Part shown: positions 51,847 through 64,000 of the stretch, in pieces
How positions within the stretch are numbered: position 1 is the stretch's first letter
How the letters are laid out: every line of letters starts with the position of its first letter
Assembly (NCBI RefSeq): GCF_001194135.2
Contig: NC_068988.1
Span: forward strand, 47,163,531 to 47,227,530
DNA from: Octopus bimaculoides
Taxonomy: Eukaryota
Reading direction: 5' to 3'
DNA length: 64,000 bases
The notes under the pieces: generated by a model
What the model was told of the DNA's origin: nothing
The model's database searches: none
Seen by the model: only the letters and a program-made list of their open reading frames with translations
Program-made: the position numbers and the translations under genes

Positions 51847-54609
51847 ATAATGTAATACAATATAGTAAGATATGATATAATTTGATATGATATACAGATG
51901 ACAAGCGTTAAGCAGTGATTTATATGAACATATGTGTAGGCAACGCTATTTCAATTAGGTTCGCAAGACGCAAATTATTCGTTGGGAGTCAACTAATGTT
52001 CTGTCAAGCGAAACATGGTTAGCTTCCACTTTACTAGCTTACAAGGCGTAACTACTAAACGACACACATTAGAAGCATATCGCTTAGTTAAGAGCGTATC
52101 CCGATTGCACTTTCTCTCTTTTTCTCTACGACACGACAAGGCCAACTTCGGAGAGAGAGCCAGACACATGGATTCGATATTTATTTCCTTCCAGTAACTC
52201 GCTATGGTATTCTACGCCTAGTGCCTGTAGGAAAGTAAATTTTGTAGCTTGAATTACTTCTATTTTCTCATTGTCATAGTGGAATATAGTAAGATATTCA
52301 GAACCTTTTCTTCATCCCAGATAACTTTATTGAACATTGTGTACTGACTGTATGAGTTCGTTTGTTACGCAACTGAATAAAACCTTGATCACAAAGCTGT
52401 TCACGAACGGACATGAGTGTTGTTGTCACTTACTGCACCAGAGGAATTTCACAGCCGTTGGATTAATGACTCAGTTTAAGTATCAATGTGTTGACGTTTT
52501 CATTTGCGACATCCCTCGCTAAATATGTTTAAAGATATGTTTGGTACATTTTCGAACTCGAAAGAAAACCATTCACTGGATTTTGTCAGGCAGAAAGTTT
52601 CTCACTGTTGTCAAAAATGTGTAAACCCTCCAAATCAATTCATAGCGCCCTCTAACCAGATCAATGAATGCGTCCCTTTCGAAGTAATTATCTTCTTGTC
52701 AGCATTGAACTCTGGAAAAAGAAATGACTCAGAATAGGCTACAAGAGACTAGGGCTCTCCTATTAGATTTCAGTGCATCTAATGAATACTGGTTGCGCTA
52801 ACCGTCTGCCAGGCAGTAGTAAGACACGAATTAGAAGAGTTAAGGAGTGATTTATATAAATATAAACTTGTTAATAGTTAAAATATGTCCTTGTGAGTTT
52901 GCACCTTTTTGTCTGCAACGAGAATTTTCTTTTCCATGACAACATGGAAAGACTTTCTTACTTGTTCGAATATGTCTCAAACATATTTGAAACGGTAACA
53001 TATTTATAATATAATATGATATAATATAATTTGATATCATCGTCGTCATTTATCGCACACCTGCAGCACATTGATGACACTACAACAAAAGTCTTCCCTG
53101 TTAAGCGGGAGTTTTCCTGCTACATTGTCACCTTTATCCAACCACAAACACATGTGATGTGGATGGATTACCATCGGTTTTGACAATACAAATTTAGTTA
53201 CTCGAGCAACTTAGGTATATTTTCCACAAATTAGCGTGCCCTTAACGTAATTCTCAGCTAGAATTAGCATGTAACCTATATCTCAGAAAGGTGGACGCTA
53301 AAATCTGAAAAGGAATCAGGCTAAAATCTTTTGAAATGTAGTTTTTAAGTTTATTACTTTGGGTATCAAAACGCAACTAGCATTGAAATATTTGCATAGA
53401 GCAAGCTCTTCAAATGACGTAATAAAATATACGGAACTGAAACAATTCGACAAAAGCAATATATACGCAGTGAAAGAATATTGCTAAGACTTTCTAAACC
53501 ACACATCAGGTGGCCAAGCATGTATGAAGTGGATGGCTTAGATCCGCGAAGACAAAAGAATTAAGGCTAGCAACCTCGACATGTGGTGCACCAAATTTAA
53601 AAGAATAGGTTGGCTCAGCTGCGAGGGAAAATCAAGATCCAGATGGGACTGACTAACGAAATCAAGTATGTGCATGCATACACACACATGCACCCACATA
53701 CACACGTATATATATGTGTGTTTGTTTGTTTGTGTGTGTGTATGTTTGTGTGTATGTATATTGTGTATATATATATATATATATACATATAAAATATATA
53801 CATATATAAATAGACAAAAATACACACTCTTATGTATATGATATAATCAGCCCAGTGAAAGAAAGAATCATATCATTCACTGATCGCTCTCATCTTTGCA
53901 TCTCAGTGAAATCCTGTCCAGAAAAAAAAAAAATTCTTATCATCAAAAAATATTCGTTGAATTATATTATGTTATCTTAGCGGACAAAATAAAACATGCT
54001 TGTGATGTAATATATCAATCCACGTTTTAAACTATAGAAGAAATATACTTTACGCAAGGGGTATACAGGAACTGTTATTGTAGACATATGTCAAAATTAC
54101 TACAGGTTCAATGACATAGAGCCTCATAAAATAATGTAACACTCATCAAAAACACCAATTGTTTTCCGTCTTTAATGTGTATATTAAATGGTCTTAATTA
54201 TTTATCCCAGGTATAAATATTGCATTATTTATTTCTTTGATTGCTTCAGAATCCGTTAAAAGCAAATACTGTAGTTCCAATCTGTTCAATTTCAGCTTTG
54301 AATATAATTATATACGTGTATGTATGTATGCATGTATGTATGTATTTATGTATGTATGTATGTATGTATGTATGTATGTATGTGTGTGTATGTATGTATG
54401 TGTGTGTGTATGTGCGTGTATGTATGCATGTATATGTATATATATATATTTATATACATCTATGTATGACTGTATGTATATATATATATATATATATATA
54501 TTTCCTTTCATGTTCAGTTGCAATAGAAACAATTTTACAATAAACTGAATGATTATCCTATTTTTTTGTCGAGTACAACTTTATTATTCTTAAGCAATGT
54601 GTGTGTGTA

Positions 54610-54669
<60 letters not shown>

Positions 54670-55195
54670 GAATATCTACCCGAGCTTCCTTCGAGTCATA
54701 TCTATGTAAATTTCACGTGTCTGGTCAGGATTTAGCTAAAAGAAGCATAATCTGAAATTCATTGCTGTTACGTCGCGCACATGAAAACCCTAGTATTTAC
54801 ATTTATCGATATTAAAACAGAGGTCTTATGTTCAAGCAGACGCACCAACTTATGGCAATTATATACGCTGTGAGTTAGAACCAAAAATTAGGAAGAACAT
54901 TTTCCGAAACTTCAATATATATGAAAGCTACATGTGCATAACTGAAAGTAAGTTCTAATAACGATTGTGATATCAATCATCCCCTATTAAGCACATAAAA
55001 ATACCGAATGGTACAACATTTGGAAATTATATCTGGCAATTAAAAGAAAAATGGTTTTCAAATATTAATATTCAATAAACGATTATGAAAAGATGAAAAA
55101 CCTTACAAAAATGGAAATCAAAGATGTGATTATGCTATGCCGAAAAGAGTTTCATATGCATAACTGAATAGCAATGATTTATATTTGAATAACAG

Positions 55196-55311
55196 GTCAT
55201 GTACTTTTCAGAACTGTAGACACTTTGGAAGATGTCATGCAACTGGTCACATCTCTGTATGACGAACTTCCTTCAGCACTCAGACACATGCACAGAAGCG
55301 AGCTTCTAAAT
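55196..55311 (+). CDS. Candidate internal coding exon of an unidentified gene
   Basis: AG acceptors at 55194-55195 (or TACTTTTCAG ending 55211), an open frame (G)HVLFRTVDTLEDVMQLVTSLYDELPSALRHMHRSELLN with non-repetitive helical composition, and a weak donor GTATAT at 55312. No homologue recognised. Confidence 0.35.
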
Positions 55312-56184
55312 GTATATGCATACATTCTTTCACGTCCCTTATTTTTACTTGTGGTCTTTCTTTCTTTTTAACTTACTGCTCTTGTATCAGTGATGTTTTT
55401 ATTTTCCCAAGTTCTAAGTAAGGTATGTTGACTTCTCTTTGTTTTCCATTTTTGATCAATCTTTAGCTTACATATATTGTTTAAGAGAAAGAACAATTTT
55501 CTAGTATGTAGGAGGTATCTAGGGGGTCCACTGCGAATGCCGACTATTGATAAAAATATTCGGTGAAATTTAGCATGAATAAAGAATACAGTTTACAAAT
55601 TTTCTAACAGAAAACAACAAAAAGAATTACCAGATGAAAAATCTGTAGATTGTTTTGCTTTATATACATGCATATTACATATTTGTATTGAGTGCTATAT
55701 ATTTTTTGACGCTGTTAACAAAGCTTTTGTCATATCTAATCATATGCATAATTGCATATTTTCATTATGTGGTATGTCTGGAGTTCATGTATCCTGCTTC
55801 GTTAATTCACAATAGAAATATATTCATATCACGTACCCACACCGAGTCGCTGTGCATTAAATAGCTTACTTAAATGAATTAAAATTGGATTGCAAATGTT
55901 ATTGTGTACCTCTATATACAATTTTGCGTATCAATTTATAAAATTCCCTCCAGCAGATTGCTGTTAAGGTATTTTTCACGATACAAGACTGCTTGGTTCG
56001 GTTGTCCGTTACATTATTCCAATCACTCTCAATATAGTCAGTTGCCATATAGTGAGCGGCTAATCGAATGACTATCTACAGTTTAATAACAACTGAAGAG
56101 ATGAGTAATCAAAGAAATATCTAGACGTTTCGAATGGTTCATTGTGGTAAATACTCCATATTTTTCAATGTTTTATTTTCAAGT

Positions 56185-56579
56185 GAAGGCGCAATGATCC
56201 AGTGGTTAGGGCAGCGGACTCGTGGTCATAGGATCAGGGTTTCGATTCCCAGACCGGGCGTTGTGAGTGTTTATTGAGCGAAAACACCTAAACCTCCACG
56301 AGGCTCCTGCAGGGGATGGTGGCGAACCCTGCTGTACTCTTTCACCACAACTTTCTCTCATTCTTACTTCCTGTTTCTGTTGTGCCTATAATTCAAAGGG
56401 CCAGCCTTGTCACACTGTGTCACGCTGAATATCCCCGAGAACTACGTTAAGGGTACACGTGTATGTAGAGTGCTCAGTCACTTGCACGTTAATTTCACGT
56501 GCAGGCTGTTCCGTTGAGCGGATGAACTGGAACTCCCGACGTCGTAAGCGACGGAGTGCCAACAACAACAACAACAACA
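56185..56579 (+). mobile_element. Full-length tRNA-derived SINE, head B + tail X (OR1-like, about 390 bp)
   Basis: Highly similar to 24490-25040, with a (CAA)n tail. Confidence 0.9.
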
Positions 56580-56930
56580 TTTTAAAGTGCATTCTTCCCT
56601 TCGTTTAAATATCATACATATAAAATCATAACAAGGACTACATTCAGTCATTTTACTCTTTCATTAATTAAATATCTTCTTAAATGAACTCAAACTGCAC
56701 TACGTTGGTTCATCCGTGGCTGTCTACTAAAGAAAGCCTAAGGGTATATACGTACATTTCAAAATTTAGAGGTCCCAGTTACGATTCTATTTTGAGCTTA
56801 GAAATCGTGGGAGAAATTAAGAGGAGGGGAACTATGTAGGAGCCGTTTTGGACGTATTGTACTTACAATTAAAAATCTATCCTTATTCACATTATACACA
56901 TGCTGATACTGCATGCAGATTACTTCAGCT

Positions 56931-57260
56931 CGGACAATCTGTTCGCTACGATGACGAGTGTTTCAAATGATTCAATCAACGGAATTGCCTAATCATGAAA
57001 TTAACGCACAAGTGGCTGAGAACTTCACAGACACGCGTACTTTTAATGTAGATTATGAGGGAGGTTCAGCGTGACACATCGAATGTGACAAAGGTGGTGC
57101 ATTGAATTACAAGTAAAACACGTTTTTGCCATCTGAGTGGACTGACTAGAACAGCATGAAATAAACGGTCTTGCTCAAAGAGTCAATGCGGTGCCGGGAA
57201 TCTAAGTCACGATCTTACCATTGTGAACCAAATACCACTTACCACTAAACCCCACGCCTT
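56931..57260 (-). mobile_element. Degenerate SINE, head C + tail X
   Basis: Minus strand: GGGTTTAGTGGT...TTGAGCAAGAC...TCCACTCAGATGGCAAAAAC, then TGTAATTCAA...TGTGTCACGCTGAAC...CTCAGCCACTTGTGCGTTAATTTCA. Confidence 0.7.
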
Positions 57261-57815
57261 TACCGAGGATTACTTTAAGCGTAGAGATATTCGCGGAATA
57301 CTCAGCCACATAGAGGCTAATTCCAGTTTATTTAATCGCGTAACTCAATAATCATTGTCAGAACCGACGGGGATCCATTTATAAATGTATGTATGTGTGT
57401 GTGTATGTTTGTGTGTGTATGTATGTCTGTATTGTGTTTGTGTGTGTTTGTGTGTATATGTGTGTGCGTGCGTGTGTGCACGTACGTATGTATGTTTCTA
57501 CTTGTTAGAAGATTCACGTTTCCTTTGATATATCAACCAAAACGTTCCTATTAAAATAAGCACATATATAAATGCCAAGCATTGAGAAATGATATTCAAA
57601 GGAAGACAAACGCATACACAGATACACACACATGCACACTTACATACATATCGATATATAGAGTAGAGAGAGAAAGAGGTTGATACAAAGAAAGAGAGAG
57701 AGAGAGAGGTGGGGTAGTAATCAATATACTTATGTAAAGGTAGTCATCTGCTTCAAGAATCTGATGCAATACCTTAATAAATGTCAATATATATGAGGAA
57801 AAATATCCACTTATA

Positions 57816-57862
<47 letters not shown>

Positions 57863-58970
57863 GTACATATGTATGTATGCATGTATGTATGCATGTATGT
57901 ATGTATGTATATATGCATCTATGCATTGGCGTCCGTATGTGTATACTAAAATATGCCGATGCTTTCATATCAATAATTACATAATAACTATTAGGCCAAA
58001 AATTCATATCTGTATACATCATGCATACATGATTCGTCCTCTCATATGTGTGTGTGCGTGTGAGTGTGCATACAAGCATGTCTATATATACTCATATACA
58101 TGCATACATACGCATGCAAACATGCGTTCGTAGTCTTCTACACACATACCCGTGTTAACATTGCAAACGCCAAAAAACATCAAAAAGCTCATATTGAAGG
58201 TGAATATGATGTGTATTTACATTTGGGTCTCCTGCGAATTACGTTCTCGCTGGGTCTCCCACGACAGTCTTGCCTTCAGTGGCCTCTTGTCTATTACTAA
58301 GTATTTCCACTATGCTTTATGCTACTTTGCCAGGGTAACTAACAACTGATTGCATTGAATCTCACCGAAATTAATCTAAGCCCTCAATCATTCCCTTTTC
58401 TACCTCTATCACAGCATCTGTGAAAAGAAGAGAACCAACGAGTCTGTATATAGTAACCTTTTTTCTACAAAACTCCTTCACTACTAGACATCACCCACTC
58501 TCGCTCATGTAACTCTTTATTGACCCACCATTCTCTCTTAGAATAGCTAATCTCTGAGTGAGTTTATAGAGAGGTGGGTGAAAGTTGCGAAAATGGCAAG
58601 AGTAAATAGCACCTCTCGGAGAAAAAGAATTGGAGACGGCACTTGCTCCTGGTGGTCAGAGAAATCTCGGACAGTGAGGTTCCTCGACTATCCCTAGAGG
58701 TCATCCTGTATCAGGAGGGCAATATCTCTATCATCCTCCCCCATTTTTTATATTTTCAATTTTTATTTATTTATTTATTTATTCATTTTTCTTTAATCCT
58801 GTGTATACTATGTATATTTCCTTTCATTTTCATTGTATACTGTGTACTCTTACATTTTTTTGTTATTTAATTATTTTATCATTTCATTATATATAAACCC
58901 TAACGCATTATGTCTGGCTTTGTATTACCCCACCCTCATCCTTCACCCTGGTTGCAAATAAATGAAATCA

Positions 58971-59171
58971 TCATTATTATTATTACTTTTGGTTTGACTC
59001 AGATTCGGGTCTTATTTCTGGTAGAGTTTATGTGGGTAACGTTTTACAAGTTTCCAGGGGGTCTTTCAAGTTCTTAGAACCCTCCTTATGATCCTTCTTG
59101 TTCCTAAGAGACAACCTTTTTCTAAGAGCTCTACAGGGCATTCTATTCCAATACCCTTTAACCATTTGTCT
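58971..59171 (-). mobile_element. R4/Dong-clade LINE extreme 3' end with a (TAA)n tail
   Basis: DKWLKGIGIECPVELLEKGCLLGTRRIIRRVLRT*, a short UTR, then TAATAATAATAATGA. The 5' end abuts (GAT)n(GGT)n at 59172-59290. Confidence 0.85.
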
Positions 59172-59192
59172 ACCACCACCACCACCACCACC

Positions 59193-59247
<55 letters not shown>

Positions 59248-59749
59248 CCATCACCATCATCATCATCGCCATCAGCATCATCGCCATTAGCACCATCGTC
59301 TATCTTTAGCACTCGTTTTTGATTACCTATCTTTATTACTCTTCGCCAGTCTTTCTCTCTTCTCATATAATTCCCTCCTATCATGCTTTACTGATATCCA
59401 CCTCCCAATCTCTCACGTCCTCTCTCCATTATCCTCTCCTAACATCACCCGATTTCTTCTGCATCACTCTTTTTTCTTCTCATCGTGCCTTAATGGTATT
59501 TTCTATTTAATCTCTTCAACAAAAAGAAAAAAATTCTGCTTATCATAGTGTCTTGTTTTACTTCCTTTACTTTACTTCATATTTTCTCACTCCTATCACT
59601 AACATAATACAATCATTTTATTCTTTCAACCTACTTTTCTCTACTATTCTTCGTCATAACTCACATTTCTATTCACCCTCCGTGTCACGTTTGCTTGAAT
59701 GAACAGGGATAACTTTTAGTACATACGACTTACTAATTAATATTTGCAG

Positions 59750-59837
59750 GGGACAGACTAACTTCTCTGTTACTGGTGACATGATAAACTGTACCCATTA
59801 TAAAGTGAAAAGGAGATGTCAAAGGAACGAAGGCAAG
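59750..59837 (+). other. Candidate 88-nt exon (coding or 5'UTR)
   Basis: Branch-like CTTACTAAT, acceptor TATTTGCAG/G and donor AAG/GTAAGG. One frame is open (GQTNFSVTGDMINCTHYKVKRRCQRNEGK). Confidence 0.3.
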
Positions 59838-60951
59838 GTAAGGTAAAAAGTGCTCACCAATCTTCGTTGGAACTAGACAACTACGTTACTGCTGGTATGA
59901 GAATAAAATGCATTTATTATAATTTGAGAAATTATTTGTGTTAGGGAGGATGTCGAGCAATAGAAAGCACGCAAAATTGAAATTCACGAGGAATTTGAGG
60001 ACTTTTGAACCGTCTATAATGATGTAATTCCAAATAGGAACTGACGCAATCCTTATTGACGCGTCCATCCCATGGAGTATGGAAATGTGAATAGCTGACA
60101 CAAATGATACGGATGATTCATACACACTCAGATAAACACTCATACACAAACACAAGCACACGCATACACACATGCAAATATCCATATAAGCATGTGTACA
60201 TGCATATATGGATATTCGTCAGAATACAAATATTGATATGTACCAGATATAGACCTGAGTGATGTTTGAATATAATATTAAAAGAGCATAACCAAATTCA
60301 AAGTATATTGGCTGATATGGAACATCTAGATGTGATGGTAAGGTGTGAAGTAATGTGCGAACAGGAGGTAAGTTGCAGGTGTGCGTGTGTGTACCATGTG
60401 CCAGTGCGTATGGGGTGTTTTCAGGTCATGTAGAGATATAAATGTATAGGATAGTGTATGAGCTCTGTGTGATGCCTGCATAAATGTAATGCTCTATAGT
60501 GAAATGCAAGGTGGGATGACGAAATGCAGTACTCTTGATGCAGTAATATTTCCGTGATCACGTTATTCATACTCGGTATAGTCGTGGAGAAAATGCAGCA
60601 ACTGAGGCAGAAGATAAGACATTGTTCACGTTGATAGCGTGAGGCTGTGGATCCGCGTTGCGAAACCGTGTGCCTGAATGAGTTGAAGTGGCCCGCAAAC
60701 GGGCGATCTAATGATGTTTATGTGGTTTTTACATAAATGTTTATTGAAACGATCTGCTAAACTACAGCCGGTTCACCAAAACACACGCACACTCCTCCCA
60801 CACACATGTGTGTGTATGACTTTATGTGTCACTATTAGAGCATAATCGGTTTTAAATATTTGAAAATAATTTAGAGTTACAATCCAAATGCATTATTCTT
60901 AGATTGCAAACCTAATTACTAGCATTCATATAATTAATCAACGAAAACTTT

Positions 60952-61264
60952 TCGACCTCGACAGAATTTGAACTCAGAAAATAAAGATAGACGAAATACA
61001 GCGAAGTATTTCATCCGGCGTGCTAACGTTTCTTATTTCTTTACTGCCCATATGGGGCTACACACAGAGGGGACAAACAAGGACAGACAAACGGATTAAG
61101 TCGATTATATCGACTCCAGTGCGTAACTGGTACTTATTTAATCGACCTCGGAAGGATGACAGGCAAAGTCGACCTCGGCGGAATTTGAACCTCAGAACGT
61201 AGCGGCAGACGAAATACCGCTAAGCATTTCGCCCGGCGTGCTAACGTTTCTGCCAGCAAGCTGC
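60952..61264 (-). mobile_element. Second SINE family A dimer (young copy joined to an older, truncated copy)
   Basis: Junction GCTAACGTTTC/TTATTTCTTTACTGCCC at 61032/61033, identical to the junction at 3450/3451. Confidence 0.88.
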
Positions 61265-62260
61265 TTTACTGGAAGAATTATTGAAGAAGGAAGAGACGGC
61301 TATAAGTAGATGAATTGTCAGAAAGTAGAAGACTATTCCGAACAGATAGTCGATATCCCATATTAGATAACAGAAACCTCAAGCTTCATATTCATATATT
61401 TGTCTCTGTATGTTTCTATATAAGTGACTGAGTGAGAGTGCATATGTAAAATTTTTAATATCTGTTGACGGAAATTACACACACTCAAACAACCACACAC
61501 ACATACACGCATGCACACACGTATACACTCTATCACACGCACACACATTGATATATACACACACGCTAAATACGAATATATTATCACACGTGCACTGACT
61601 GATGTTATATGTTTGGCAAGATTCAGCAACAAATCTGCTTGCATTCTATTTAGCTTTAAAAGTGTGACAAGAATTAAGTGCGCGTATGTAAGTAGATGTA
61701 TATTACGTAATATATAGAATTTGTATATATATGCACGCGTGTGTGTATATATATATGGAAAAATATATATAGACACATAATTTAAAATTGTATATATACA
61801 CACACATGTATACACACACATACACACACACTCAAATACAATTAGGCTTGTCCGACCCCAGTTGAAATAAACAGCCGGAATACACCCTCGGAAATCGAAT
61901 CACATATCTATCATAATATCAGCGACTTTGTTAAACATTACACCAAAACCCCTCTTTATATACAGAAATTAGTACGTATTACCATCATGTATTAATATAA
62001 TATACAATCTTTTTTTGTATCAATATCATCGCTATTTGATAGGTGCTTAAGCGTAGGCTGTACAACGCTTAGTTTATATTAATTTTCATATTTATCACAG
62101 TTTCAATGCTGAAATTCACTGTGTGACTTTATTAATGATACAAAACACTTTCTAGCATACATATTAGTAGTCGAAAATAAGCTTAATTGAATTGAATATT
62201 TATTTATAAACGAAAACGTTTCTCGTTTACGTATAACACCTACTGGTAATTTTGGCTTCG

Positions 62261-62633
62261 AATTTTAGCACAAGGAAGCAGTTCGGTGAGAGAAGGTTCG
62301 TCGGTTACAATGGTCTCGATGCTCAACTGGTACCTATTTTATTGACACCGAGAGGATGAATGGCAAAGATAACCTCGGCGGAATTTGAACTCAGAGCGCA
62401 AAGTCGGAAGAGATGCAGTGAAGCATTTTTCCCGACGTGCTAACGTTTCTGCCAGCACGCCGCTGTGCCTACTAGAAATATGCTTTTCTATTCTAGGCAC
62501 AAGGCCCGAAATTTTGTGGGGAGGGGGTCAGTCGATTAGATCAACCCCAGTCCACAGCTGGCATTTAATTTATCGACCCCGAAAGGATGATAGGCATAGT
62601 CGACCTCAGCGGAATTTGAACTGAGGACGTAAA
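62261..62633 (-). mobile_element. Two tandem SINE family A copies (62261-62463; 62483-62633, 5'-truncated)
   Basis: Both contain GGCGGAATTTGAAC and the ATCGAC/GAAAGGATGA core. Confidence 0.8.
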
Positions 62634-62677
62634 GCCTACTAGTAATATTAGCATTATCTATGTATGTATGTATGGCG

Positions 62678-63497
62678 ATACATATATATGCAAGTGCAGT
62701 ATAATGCCTTATTCAAATCAGATTTGGCAGTTGCAACGTATTGTATGTCACTGCAATCAGCAGAGAAAAATGTGTGTTATGGCACAATACATAGAAATAC
62801 TGACATATTAAATAGATTTATACAGCATATATTGTTTTGCATTTTAGTGAGTTTTATATTTTATTATAGTTTTAATGCATTTAGGCAATCTTTCACTAGG
62901 AAAACACCTAGCACTTTCATACCATATATTTTTCTATGCCAAATGTTTGCGTTATNNNNNNNNNNNNNNNNNNNNNNNNNNNNNNNNNNNNNNNNNNNNN
63001 NNNNNNNNNNNNNNNNNNNNNNNNNNNNNNNNNNNNNNNNNNNNNNNNNNNNNNNNNNNNNNNNNNNNNNNNNNNNNNNNNNNNNNNNNNNNNNNNNNNN
63101 NNNNNNNNNNNNNNNNNNNNNNNNNNNNNNNNNNNNNNNNNNNNNNNNNNNNNNNNNNNNNNNNNNNNNNNNNNNNNNNNNNNNNNNNNNNNNNNNNATA
63201 TATATATATATACACATACATACATATATATGCAAGTGCAGTATAATGCCTTATTCAAATCAGATTTGGCAGTTGCAACGTATTGTATGTCACTGCAATC
63301 AGCAGAGAAAAATGTGTGTTATGGCACAATACATAGAAATACTGACATATTAAATAGATTTATACAGCATATATTGTTTTGCATTTTAGTGAGTTTTATA
63401 TTTTATTATAGTTTTAATGCATTTAGGCAATCTTTCACTAGGAAAACACCTAGCACTTTCATACCATATATTTTTCTATGCCAAATGTTTGCGTTAT
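62678..63497 (+). repeat. Exact 278-bp direct repeat flanking an N gap (62678-62955 and 63220-63497)
   Basis: The two copies read identically by eye; the gap is 62956-63197. Confidence 0.9.
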
Positions 63498-63734
63498 AAT
63501 TCCAGGTGCGAATATATGTATATATGTGTGTGCATGTATGAATACTTACATATATATATTAGAAAAACATAAATCCGGAGAAGAAGCACACTGTAAGAAG
63601 TAGAGCAGTCTATATGTTTTTCTTGGTGAAGGCCAACTTATTGGGTTACCTTAGGTTTCCCGTCAATAAACGGTTTAACTTTATGGTGTATCCTCAGAGC
63701 CTCAAGACCTGTTGGCCTGTGACCTCTTTAAAAT

Positions 63735-64000
63735 ATGGCGAGGATGTCTGAATTATCTCCCTTTGCCAATGGCTATCGACTCCCGGCAACAACAGAATCA
63801 CCACCACCACCACCAACACAATGGGCAGCTTTAGCGACGTCACCAAAAACAACACCAACGAAACGCCCGACGACACAATCATTAAGATCAGCTACAGAAA
63901 CGTCGCCTTCAACACCATCCTTACCAACAACTTCGTTGATGTCCACTGTAGCAAACCTGCCAGCGCCGACACTGGCAGGACTGATTGTAGCAGCAGTAAC
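63735..64000 (+). CDS. Candidate start of a Pro/Thr/Ser-rich ORF running off the window end
   Basis: AAAATATGG context with in-frame stops upstream; MARMSELSPFANGYRLPATTESPPPPPTQWAALATSPKTTPTKRPTTQSLRSATETSPSTPSLPTT... is open to 64000. A second frame (MGSFSDVTKNNTNET...) is also open. It could be a degenerate trinucleotide tract. Confidence 0.35.
   Translation, partial: MARMSELSPFANGYRLPATTESPPPPPTQWAALATSPKTTPTKRPTTQSLRSATETSPSTPSLPTTSLMSTVANLPAPTLAGLIVAAV

Noticed and set aside
5190-59171. All R4/Dong remnants on the minus strand as proof of a plus-strand host intron
   Set aside because: Only three independent loci, and the CR1/L2 and Penelope relics are on the plus strand, so the bias is not significant.
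3255-62633. Recurring near-identical repeats as a CRISPR-like array or tRNA genes
   Set aside because: They are dispersed, variably truncated, with TSDs and simple-repeat tails. These are SINEs with tRNA-derived heads, not repeat-spacer arrays or complete cloverleaf tRNAs.

Overview
AT-rich, gap-ridden eukaryotic genomic DNA dominated by microsatellites (TA, CA, GA, ATCT, CAT, AAT, CAA, AGT) and transposable elements. The SINE families and repeat landscape point to a coleoid cephalopod, most likely an Octopus scaffold-level assembly; this is inference from recalled repeat sequences, not a database match. No intact, recognisable host gene, rRNA, true tRNA or CRISPR array was found. Almost all ORFs in the supplied track are microsatellite or N-gap artefacts. 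Well-supported content: (i) a full-length 2,642-bp piggyBac element (29581-32222) with 13-bp TIRs, TTAA target duplications and a frameshifted DDD transposase; (ii) several R4/Dong-clade (RT plus restriction-like endonuclease) LINE remnants, mostly abutting trinucleotide microsatellites; (iii) Penelope, CR1/L2 and mariner remnants and a mariner MITE; (iv) about 20 tRNA-derived SINE copies; (v) two long foldback palindromes. The most interesting patterns are a SINE subfamily that repeatedly lands on an AGAAAC motif inside other SINEs, giving dimers with an identical junction; a complete 2x2 head/tail shuffle among CORE-like SINEs; a minimal hammerhead-like motif in a Penelope-type terminal repeat; and weak evidence for a plus-strand host gene (candidate exons 55196-55311 and 59750-59837, and an ORF from 63735 running off the window end). 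I do not see convincing evidence of a wholly new biological system.
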